IMG/VR virus record: IMGVR_UViG_3300033146_002139
Coordinates: 39,707-103,706 of that record
Strand: one strand, 5' to 3'
DNA length: 64,000 nucleotides
Origin: a virus
Taxonomy: Duplodnaviria; Heunggongvirae; Uroviricota; Caudoviricetes
Shown piece after piece: positions 41,339 to 48,176 of this stretch. The notes beneath the pieces were generated by a model. That model saw only the letters and a list, made by a program, of their open reading frames with translations. It did no database searches and was not told the origin of the DNA. Positions within the stretch are counted from its first letter, which is position 1. Each line of letters starts with the position of its first letter. Position numbers and translations under genes: made by a program.

Positions 41339-43999
41339 TTATATATTCCCTTTTATAAATTCAGTCATCATTCGTGGTGTTCCAGTGTCAAAGCCGACAA
41401 AATCCATCATTCCTGCATCAGAAGGGTCTGCTATAGTAAAATCATTTGAGACCATTCCTACAACTATGAGCTGTGCATTTGGTTTATTCATTTGATTTCT
41501 ATATCTTTTTAAGGCTTCAAATGGATGGATTTTTCCTGAGTATGTTTCCGAATCTGTATTACCTGTCCAATAAATAGAGCCTTTTCTTCTTGCGAGCCAA
41601 GTCTTGTTTGGAGTAGTAGGGCACCACACTATGCCATCATGTTCTATCCATTCCGCCTTGAATGGTCTATTATCCTTGTTAGTCGAGTTCTGTAATGGTG
41701 CAAATTGACTTCTTTTAAGAATCCCTATCTCCAAGTAGTTTTTATGATGAGCATTGTCTATTTTAGTATAAGACACCGAATGCCCTGCCAATATACATGC
41801 AAAAGCAAATGAATTCGAACGACTCTCTTCTTTTTGGCAAAACCTATTTTTTTTGAGGTGTCCATCGGCAATCATAGAGGTATGGATAAACAAATTAAGT
41901 TGTTCTTTCGTTAACTCCCTAAACCAATCAAGTTTAATGGATTTGTCGTTTTCCATTAGGTTTATAAAAGCACTAGAACCTTTCTTGTTTATATAAAAAA
42001 CAGTCATATCTTCTTTTGGACAATCTTCTCTCCATTCTCTATTGGCCTGTTCTTTGCTTAACGACTCTTTTGAGGCTCCGAGATAATCGTTTAGAGCCAA
42101 TCTGATTTTTTCCACATTCCTAGGATTTGCTTTGTGTGATTGAGAAAAATTAATTGATTTTGACGGAGATATGTAGCCTTCGGTATATATCCATGCTAGT
42201 AATTCTACAAATGAGTTTGACCATTTTTCTTTAACGGGGAGATTACTATCCTGAGCAGAACACTGAATATAATCAACTTTATTTAAAGTTTCTGATGTTT
42301 TCCATCTCCTTCCCCATGCTTCTTCGTTGGATTTATTTGTCGTTCTGTTTTTAACTGGCCATCTGTGATTTGCAGTTGACAAGGAAGAATGCCCCCTTCC
42401 TTCTATGTGTAACATTTTTCTTTTAGCCTTTGGAAATATATTTATTGAAGAAGCATTCTGCCATTCACCATTTCCATTTTCATGATTCAGCGTATACAGT
42501 TCTTCGTTTTCTTTTAAATTATCATACGATTTCCATCCTTCCGATGTTAATATCTCTGTTTCTTCGTCAACACAATACACTATAAATGTATCTATATCCA
42601 TTTTCTTCTCTATAGCATGCATCATTGGAAGTGCACAGTCTGTACCCCTAAAATCTAAACCTTTAACACTGTCTATTATTTTAGGCATATCCATCTTTGG
42701 AGAGATATTTAGTTCCGTTAATGCCGAAGCTCCCCATCCACCATTGCCACCATTACCGCCACCAGCGAAAGCTGTAACTACATAATTTCTCTCAGTTCTT
42801 GCAGTAACCATTGCCATTGCCGCAGAAGCTGTTCTTGGTGTTAATACAGACGACCCTGAAATATTGCTCCATGTCATAGACCCTGATACATCAAGTGCTA
42901 ACATAATATTTTTTCCGGTACTTTCAACATTGCCAAATGATAAGTAAAAAGCTTCATCCAATGCATCAAGTATTCTTTGATTGTGTTTCCATGTTAAGTT
43001 TCCTTTAACTCCACTGCCTGATGCATATACAAGTGTAGCATCTAATAGTTGTAATGGATGTACTCTTGATTTTTTAATTAACTCGGCATTAGTCAATTTA
43101 TCCTCTATAAAGGAAAGTGTTTTCATATCGCTATTAGATATCAATCCACTAGCTGTAAATTTTCCAAGACTTCTAATTATAGCTGTTAGACCTAGATTTT
43201 GTAAAAGAGCTTTTTGAACCTTAGCAGATGTTCTAAACTCTGTTCCAATCATTTCTTCTGTTAATCTGTATTCGTTGATAATAGAGATAATTTCTTTTTC
43301 ATTATCACACATCTTTGCAAGCTCAAATCCTTTTAAAAACTTAAAGTCCGCATCATGTTTTAATTCTTCGGAAATTTCTCCGGTAATAGCATATTTGTAT
43401 AATGCTGAATATCTATTGTCCAATGGAGTAATATGATTTAATCTTAAAAGGTCTTTATGATTCCATCCGTTTCTATTTCTATACTTTACCATTTGGAAAG
43501 TAAGTTTATCAAGTGGCTTATCATACCATTTTGCAAAAGCCGCTTTAACTGTAGTTCCCCATCCTCTTAAAGATTTTATCATAGAGGCAAACTCAAACAA
43601 GTGAGTTCCTATTCTTGCTACCTTGTGCAGGTTTTCTACAACATAAGCTTTTTCTTCATTTGTTCCATATGTCAATACTAAAGCCATAGCATATAATGCT
43701 TGGTCGTTTTTTCTAGCTCTACCATCTTTAGAAATTTCAATAGCTTTACTTGCTACAAGAACCCCTTGTCCATCTTTTATCATATTGATAATATGGTTGG
43801 AGTTTTCTTTTGTAAGTTTTTTTGGTGATGCATAATAGCTTCCACCTTCAGAACCTAGTATTAAAAATCTAAGTAATTTTTGTTCGTCTGTAACTCTAAA
43901 AACAAAACCATTTTCACTGTTTTTTACTTGTCCTGTTTTAGCTTTTGTTTTTTGATGTGTAGGTTTGTTTCTCGTTCCTAAATCTGCATAAATTGACAT
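41339..43999 (-). CDS. rsr: Ro60 (TROVE + vWA) RNA-binding protein, intein-containing precursor (547 aa after splicing)
   Basis: NSENGFVF, LRFLILGSEGGSYY, KYRNRNGWNHKDLLRL, SRVHP, vWA MIDAS LALDVSGSM, GTDCALPM and FIVY|TDSET. Confidence 0.95.
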   Translation of the reverse strand: MSIYADLGTRNKPTHQKTKAKTGQVKNSENGFVFRVTDEQKLLRFLILGSEGGSYYASPKKLTKENSNHIINMIKDGQGVLVASKAIEISKDGRARKNDQALYAMALVLTYGTNEEKAYVVENLHKVARIGTHLFEFASMIKSLRGWGTTVKAAFAKWYDKPLDKLTFQMVKYRNRNGWNHKDLLRLNHITPLDNRYSALYKYAITGEISEELKHDADFKFLKGFELAKMCDNEKEIISIINEYRLTEEMIGTEFRTSAKVQKALLQNLGLTAIIRSLGKFTASGLISNSDMKTLSFIEDKLTNAELIKKSRVHPLQLLDATLVYASGSGVKGNLTWKHNQRILDALDEAFYLSFGNVESTGKNIMLALDVSGSMTWSNISGSSVLTPRTASAAMAMVTARTERNYVVTAFAGGGNGGNGGWGASALTELNISPKMDMPKIIDSVKGLDFRGTDCALPMMHAIEKKMDIDTFIVYCVDEETEILTSEGWKSYDNLKENEELYTLNHENGNGEWQNASSINIFPKAKRKMLHIEGRGHSSLSTANHRWPVKNRTTNKSNEEAWGRRWKTSETLNKVDYIQCSAQDSNLPVKEKWSNSFVELLAWIYTEGYISPSKSINFSQSHKANPRNVEKIRLALNDYLGASKESLSKEQANREWREDCPKEDMTVFYINKKGSSAFINLMENDKSIKLDWFRELTKEQLNLFIHTSMIADGHLKKNRFCQKEESRSNSFAFACILAGHSVSYTKIDNAHHKNYLEIGILKRSQFAPLQNSTNKDNRPFKAEWIEHDGIVWCPTTPNKTWLARRKGSIYWTGNTDSETYSGKIHPFEALKRYRNQMNKPNAQLIVVGMVSNDFTIADPSDAGMMDFVGFDTGTPRMMTEFIKGNI
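41558..42574 (-). mobile_element. Intein with LAGLIDADG homing endonuclease, 339 aa
   Basis: Starts CVDEETEIL, has block B TANH, endonuclease motifs LLAWIYTEG and TSMIADG, and ends WTGN followed by Thr. Removing it restores FIVYTDSET. Confidence 0.92.
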
Positions 44000-44030
44000 A
44001 ATCTTTCTCCTTCGGTCAAATTTTTTATTT

Positions 44031-44726
44031 TTATTGTGGTGTTGGCTTTGTATATACTATCTGATTCTCTATTTTTCCCTGAGCACTATAAGCTATTTTT
44101 AAGAAAGCCATATTTCTTTGCTCTGATATTTTTATATCATATTTTGTTGTTAGCATTGTAATTATATCTTTAATAGAGGTGCATTTTAAAAGATTGAATT
44201 TCATATTTAACCACATATCGTTTACACTTGGGTATTTAGCTAGTATATCATCGTAATAATAGTCAACTATTAAACTTATATTATGTATTGATATGTACGT
44301 ATCACCATAGTACACAGTATAAGAATGATGTTCTCTTTTTATCCATTCCGGGTAGTTTTTAGTAGCTTCGTCATGTTTATCGTTAAAATTTTCTATTTCT
44401 TGTAAAAGGGTGTTCATTTTATTATCAGTCTTTTTTTGTTTTTTTAATTTACTAAAAACGTTTGCAAGATTAAAAGAAGAGTGGTTCTTATTGTCTCTTT
44501 TTTTGCGTACTAAATCTCTAAACAGTGTATTAAGTTTTCTAGCTTCTTTGCTTAGTAAAGAAACTATGTTTACAGCATCCCTCCATTCATTGGTTTTCAT
44601 TTTAGCGTCAATCTTATCTCGATAAACTTTTCCTGCCATTGTCTCTATTTGTCTTTTCCATTGACGGAATATTTCAGCCTTATTTTCGTTTAAAAAATCT
44701 ATTATCAATTCGTTGGTTTCTTTCAT
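44031..44726 (-). CDS. Hypothetical protein between the Y RNA and Ro60 genes
   Basis: 231-aa ORF with RBS GAGG. Confidence 0.7.
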   Translation of the reverse strand: MKETNELIIDFLNENKAEIFRQWKRQIETMAGKVYRDKIDAKMKTNEWRDAVNIVSLLSKEARKLNTLFRDLVRKKRDNKNHSSFNLANVFSKLKKQKKTDNKMNTLLQEIENFNDKHDEATKNYPEWIKREHHSYTVYYGDTYISIHNISLIVDYYYDDILAKYPSVNDMWLNMKFNLLKCTSIKDIITMLTTKYDIKISEQRNMAFLKIAYSAQGKIENQIVYTKPTPQ

Positions 44727-44749
44727 AAACCCTCTTTTTTATAAAGTAT

Positions 44750-44815
44750 AAGCTCAACAAGTAGATGCCATGGAATTTATTTTAGACAGATAACCCATTA
44801 GCTTCGGTTGAGCTT
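44750..44815 (-). ncRNA. Classical end-paired Y RNA candidate
   Basis: AAGCTCAAC-[C]-GAA-GCTAATGG-GTTATC...CCATGGC-[ATCTA]-CTT-GTTGAGCTT: 9-bp terminal stem, bulged C and opposite-strand bulge. Exact ends are uncertain. Confidence 0.75.
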
Positions 44816-44837
44816 TTATATTATTTATTAGTAGTAA

Positions 44838-44909
44838 TAGACCCACAAGGAATCGAACCTCGATTAATTGCACCAAAAGCAATTGTGCTAACCATTACAC
44901 TACAGGTCT
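44838..44909 (-). tRNA. tRNA-Gln(TTG)
   Basis: Cloverleaf with anticodon arm ATTGC-TTTTGGT-GCAAT and T loop TTCGATT; no encoded CCA. Confidence 0.9.
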
Positions 44910-44914
44910 GTTTG

Positions 44915-44999
44915 TGCACTCAGAGGGATTCGAACCCTCATTTCCTTTCAGAAGCCAGCTTCTAAGGCTGGTGCGTCTGCCCAGTTCCGCCACGAGTAC
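44915..44999 (-). tRNA. tRNA-Leu(TAG)
   Basis: CCAGC-CTTAGAA-GCTGG, long variable arm, T loop TTCGAAT. Confidence 0.92.
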
Positions 45000-45020
45000 A
45001 TATGTTAAATTGTTTTTTCC

Positions 45021-45106
45021 TCAGTGCAGTACGGACTTCCACCGTTAGCTCTTATAGTTAGTTTCCGGCTTTAACTATAAGTTCACCCCTGAACATTTCG
45101 AGTGTT
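45021..45106 (-). ncRNA. Unidentified structured element between tRNA-Pro and tRNA-Leu
   Basis: Three hairpins, including a perfect 10-bp stem CTTATAGTTA/TAACTATAAG and ACGG-TGGAAGT-CCGT. Confidence 0.35.
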
Positions 45107-45220
45107 AAGTATTGGCTATCTTTATTTTATTGTTCAGTGTTTAAAATAGCAAAACCACGATATACTCTTTTTTATCTTCGATGCATCTAGGATAAAGGAT
45201 AAATATAAAAACCCTTATAG

Positions 45221-45294
45221 TCAGGATAGCTGGACTCGAACCAGCGTGACCTCCGCCCCAAACGGAGTGAGACAACCAACTGCTCTATATCCTG
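45221..45294 (-). tRNA. tRNA-Pro(TGG)
   Basis: Acceptor CAGGATA/TATCCTG, CTCCG-TTTGGGG-CGGAG, T loop TTCGAGT. Confidence 0.92.
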
Positions 45295-45299
45295 GTATT

Positions 45300-45785
45300 T
45301 TAATACTTCAGTATTCCTACATGAAACTCTTTGTGGTGAGTCGGACATAATACATCAAGATTTTTAATGTCATTATTCTTTCTATCGCAATCTCTATGGT
45401 GAACTTGAAGAACTTTGACTACAGCATATCCACATATTGAACACTTCTTGTTGTAAAACTCTAAAGCCTTTCTTCTATAAGACCATTTTCCACCTTTATA
45501 ATTCGGATGATTAATTCCTGTCCTATAGTGCTTATTATTAAAAGATGCTGAACAACTCCTACTACAAAAAAATCTATTGGACTTGCTGTTTTTAGCCATA
45601 GAGCTCGTTACATACACATCCTTTCCACAATGACTACATTTTTTATCGTTTCCCATTTTCTTTGAATCAAGGTTACACTTTGTACTGCAAAAGTATTTAT
45701 AATTTTGTTTTTTATAGTATTTTACTATTTTTGCTTCTTTCTCAAAGACTGCATTACAATGAGAACAACTGACTTTTGTTTTCAT
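45300..45785 (-). CDS. HNH endonuclease with zinc-finger repeats
   Basis: CSHC and FCS..C repeats; CSICG...LQVHHRDCDRKNNDIKNLDVLCPTHH. Confidence 0.88.
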   Translation of the reverse strand: MKTKVSCSHCNAVFEKEAKIVKYYKKQNYKYFCSTKCNLDSKKMGNDKKCSHCGKDVYVTSSMAKNSKSNRFFCSRSCSASFNNKHYRTGINHPNYKGGKWSYRRKALEFYNKKCSICGYAVVKVLQVHHRDCDRKNNDIKNLDVLCPTHHKEFHVGILKY

Positions 45786-45798
45786 AAATTCCTTATGT

Positions 45799-45840
45799 CC
45801 TCGCCCAAACGAGGAGGCTTACCAATTAGCCCACCACCAG
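45799..45840 (-). pseudogene. 5' half of a second tRNA-Pro (truncated)
   Basis: CTGGTGG-TG-GGCT-AATTGGTA-AGCC-T-CCTCG-TTTGGG-CGAGG, followed by the RBS and ATG of the HNH gene. The T arm and 3' acceptor strand are absent. Confidence 0.7.
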
Positions 45841-45847
45841 GTATTTG

Positions 45848-45930
45848 CAGAAGATAAGAGACTCGAACTCCCAAGTCATTTCTGACGACAGTTTAGCAAA
45901 CTGCTTCCTTACCAATTAGGGTAATCTTCT
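45848..45930 (-). tRNA. tRNA-Ser(GCT)
   Basis: Acceptor AGAAGAT/ATCTTCT, GCAGT-TTGCTAA-ACTGT, long variable arm. Confidence 0.9.
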
Positions 45931-46000
45931 GTGTTGCCTTACACTACTGACAAATAGTGCAAGGACTTTTTTTTGTTCATTATATATTATTTTTAAGGTG

Positions 46001-46204
46001 CTATGCTTTCTTCGATGGTAAAATCTTATACATTCCTGTACCACAATCAGGACATTTTCCTTTCATTGCAGGTCTGCCATTTTTCATAACAACCTCTTCT
46101 GTTTCGCTCATAATCTTTTTGGCTTTGCATTTAACACAATAGCCTTCTTTAGGGTCTTTTACTTCACTCATTTTCATTTCCTCATTTTGTTTTTGGTTTG
46201 ACAT
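46001..46204 (-). CDS. DUF5679-like zinc-ribbon protein
   Basis: GYCVKCK...MKNGRPAMKGKCPDCGTGMYKI; the real start may be the internal MSEVK. Confidence 0.75.
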   Translation of the reverse strand: MSNQKQNEEMKMSEVKDPKEGYCVKCKAKKIMSETEEVVMKNGRPAMKGKCPDCGTGMYKILPSKKA

Positions 46205-46230
46205 TTATATTAAAATGCTTACAATCTTTA

Positions 46231-46351
46231 CTTGGATGACGAGATTCGAACTCGCATCACTCTATTAGAATTAGATAACGATTTTCATTCGGCTTGTGAA
46301 AGCAATAGTTAAAAATCGGGTTTAGTGTTCTACCAATTAAACTACATCCAA
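46231..46351 (-). ncRNA. tRNA-scaffold Y RNA candidate 1
   Basis: Acceptor TTGGATG/CATCCAA, D arm and T loop TTCGAAT. The anticodon arm is replaced by CGATTTTTA-[ACTA]-TT-GCTT-TCAC-AAGC-[C]-GAA-TGAAAATCG-TTATC. Confidence 0.8.
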
Positions 46352-46368
46352 GTATTTTTAATAGTTGT

Positions 46369-46492
46369 ACAAGAGAGAGGGACTCGAACCCCCGACCGCC
46401 TTATTAACTGTAAGATAAAGAATTTCATTCGGTCCGTGAAGACAAATAGTTGAAATTCGTTTTAGTGCTCTAACCATCTGAGCTACCTCTTG
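46369..46492 (-). ncRNA. tRNA-scaffold Y RNA candidate 2
   Basis: Acceptor CAAGAGG/TCTCTTG, GCTC/GAGC D stem, T loop TTCGAGT. Insert GAATTTCA-[ACTA]-TTT-GTC-TTCACG-GAC-[C]-GAA-TGAAATTC-TTTATC. Confidence 0.82.
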
Positions 46493-46501
46493 TACTTTGT
46501 G

Positions 46502-46646
46502 CCGAGAAGGCAGGAATTGAACCTGCGACACGTAATTCCGATAACCAATTACTCCGGCTTAAAAACTAATCTTGTAGGATTACGACATTTAAACGAATAA
46601 TGTAATTGAATTTATATTAATGCTCTACCAACTGAGCTACTTCTCG
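46502..46646 (-). ncRNA. tRNA-scaffold Y RNA candidate 3
   Basis: Acceptor CGAGAAG/CTTCTCG, T loop TTCAATT. Insert CAATTAC-[ATTA]-TTC-GTTTAAA...TTTAAGC-[C]-GGA-GTAATTG-GTTATC. Confidence 0.8.
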
Positions 46647-46663
46647 ATATGTTTGTTTAATTT

Positions 46664-46873
46664 TTAAAGATGTCTATCGTCTTTCTCACTATACTCATGC
46701 TCGAACCTCGGTCGAACCTTGTCGTATTCCTCTTTAATGAGTCTATCTACTATTGCAGATTGGTCTTCATTTTTAGAGAAGAAAGCTAGTTCCTTAATGA
46801 GGCTTATAGACTTCAAGGACAAACTAAACGTTTTATTGTTTTTTTTCATTTGTTTTATTGTTTTTCTTTTCAT
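46664..46873 (-). CDS. Ribbon-helix-helix DNA-binding protein
   Basis: KTFSLS (beta strand), helix, then QSAIVDRLIKEE. Confidence 0.6.
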   Translation of the reverse strand: MKRKTIKQMKKNNKTFSLSLKSISLIKELAFFSKNEDQSAIVDRLIKEEYDKVRPRFEHEYSEKDDRHL

Positions 46874-46897
46874 TTATTTGCTATTAGATTAAATTGG

Positions 46898-46927
46898 GGT
46901 GAGGAAGCCTATCCTTGCTTCCCCACC
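46898..46927 (-). terminator. GC-rich hairpin, terminator or processing signal
   Basis: GGTGGGGAAGC-AAGGATAG-GCTTCCTCACC, an 11-bp stem with a weak T tract. Confidence 0.5.
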
Positions 46928-46974
46928 AAGTTAGTTAAATTGCATTATAGATTCGCAGTCTATTGCATTCTGAG

Positions 46975-47215
46975 TTTTTGCCTATCAAAGATTAAATTGT
47001 GATTTGCTATTACTAAGAGTCATGCTCTACCACTGAGCTATTCCGGGATATTTTCTTATGCTTCTTAGACCCGGAAATTGGATTTGAACCAACGACACAA
47101 ACTTAATTTTTATCACATGCTTAGACTTTTTACGGCTACTATTCGGCGATACACTTACACTCAATATAATACTGAATAGCTACTCCACTCATAAGGGAAT
47201 AACTAGGATGACAGA
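46975..47215 (-). ncRNA. Circularly permuted tRNA-like RNA (YrlA-type Y RNA candidate); ends uncertain
   Basis: The order is T arm (GTTGG-TTCAAAT-CCAAT), then acceptor TTCCGGG...CCCGGAA closed by a loop, then D arm (GCTC-AGTGGTA-GAGC). GCCGAATAG lies upstream at 47139-47147. Confidence 0.7.
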
Positions 47216-47220
47216 TAAAA

Positions 47221-47958
47221 CTAACCGAAAATATGTGAAATTATATCTTTACCAACAAAAGAGTCTACAGCGACACATTCATTCGCTCTACTTCTAGCCG
47301 ATTTAATGTCGTTCAAAAGAGCATCTATCTTATTCAAGATTTCAGCTTTTTTTGCAGAATTAACCATACCTGTTTTATGCACGGTATTATAATATCCAAC
47401 CTGCTTAGTTGTTGAGACTTCTTTTATTTGAGCCTTATGCTCTTTAGTCGCCTTGTCTACAACAATAAAGTCTCTTTCTGTTTCTGTTCTATAGACAGGG
47501 ACAGGAGCTGCTTTAAAAGTAAACTTCCTTTCGTCTGCATTGGATTCCCATAATTGAGCAGAATCATATACTGGTATTACGATGGCAACTTCTCTAATTT
47601 TTTTAACTTCTTTTTCTAGGGCTAACAATGCTGTGGCGGATAAAGAGATAGTTTTATCTCCTAGTGTTAATTCTGCTCTAGCATTTCCGGAGCTATTAGT
47701 TTCTTCTTTAGTAATAACGATGTTTATTGCTTTTGCAATAGCCTTTCCGGTGTACTCTAGTCTCTCAGGAACAGTGGTTATTATTTCTTTCCCATCCGGC
47801 GGAATAACAGTTGTATCTTCCACAAGAGTGTGGTATGTTTTACTAAAACCTTGAAAAGGACTTTGTTTTCCAAAAAGACCTCTAGTTTCTGATACGATAT
47901 CTTCAGTTTGTTTACTAACGCCAGGTAATGATGCTAGTACTTCATGTAGTTTTCCCAT
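47221..47958 (-). CDS. Conserved ~245-aa protein (recalled as DUF7873-like)
   Basis: MGKLHEVLA, FQGFSKTY..L.ED, LLALEKEV, AT.EHKAQ, VGYY and ARSRAN match a family I recognise but cannot verify here. Confidence 0.6.
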   Translation of the reverse strand: MGKLHEVLASLPGVSKQTEDIVSETRGLFGKQSPFQGFSKTYHTLVEDTTVIPPDGKEIITTVPERLEYTGKAIAKAINIVITKEETNSSGNARAELTLGDKTISLSATALLALEKEVKKIREVAIVIPVYDSAQLWESNADERKFTFKAAPVPVYRTETERDFIVVDKATKEHKAQIKEVSTTKQVGYYNTVHKTGMVNSAKKAEILNKIDALLNDIKSARSRANECVAVDSFVGKDIISHIFG

Positions 47959-48026
47959 CTCTCTCTCCTTTGTGCTTTATTGTATTAGTCAATTGCTTAT
48001 ATATTTATTTGTTGCTGACAAGAGTT

Positions 48027-48055
48027 AATATACACAATTAAAACTTATCTGTCAA
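48027..48055 (-). promoter_or_regulatory. Sigma70-like promoter upstream of the RNA cluster
   Basis: TTGACA-N17-TATATT on the minus strand. Confidence 0.75.
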
Positions 48056-48105
48056 GGTTTATTTTGCTTTATTTTTATTTTTATTTGATTTAGCTTTAAA
48101 TTAGG

Positions 48106-48147
48106 ATTATAAGGCAAGATTTAATATTGACAATCTTGCCTTATAAT
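48106..48147. repeat. Perfect 16-bp inverted repeat with a 10-nt spacer
   Basis: ATTATAAGGCAAGATT-TAATATTGAC-AATCTTGCCTTATAAT. Confidence 0.9.
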
Positions 48148-48176
48148 GTATAGGATTTTATTTAAACAACCGCAAA

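Noticed and set aside
45021-45106. c-di-AMP riboswitch or group I intron
   Set aside because: GGGGTGAA and AGCTAAC/AACGGTGGAAG resemble fragments of these, but the riboswitch 5' half and the intron P6/P7 core are absent.
45799-45840. Split (trans-spliced) tRNA-Pro
   Set aside because: No complementary 3' half ending in CCACCAG was found in the cluster, so truncation by insertion is the simpler explanation.
46231-46646. Intron-containing tRNAs
   Set aside because: Removing the inserts does not give a 5-bp anticodon stem with a 7-nt loop. The inserts are too short for group I introns and instead share the Ro-type helix.
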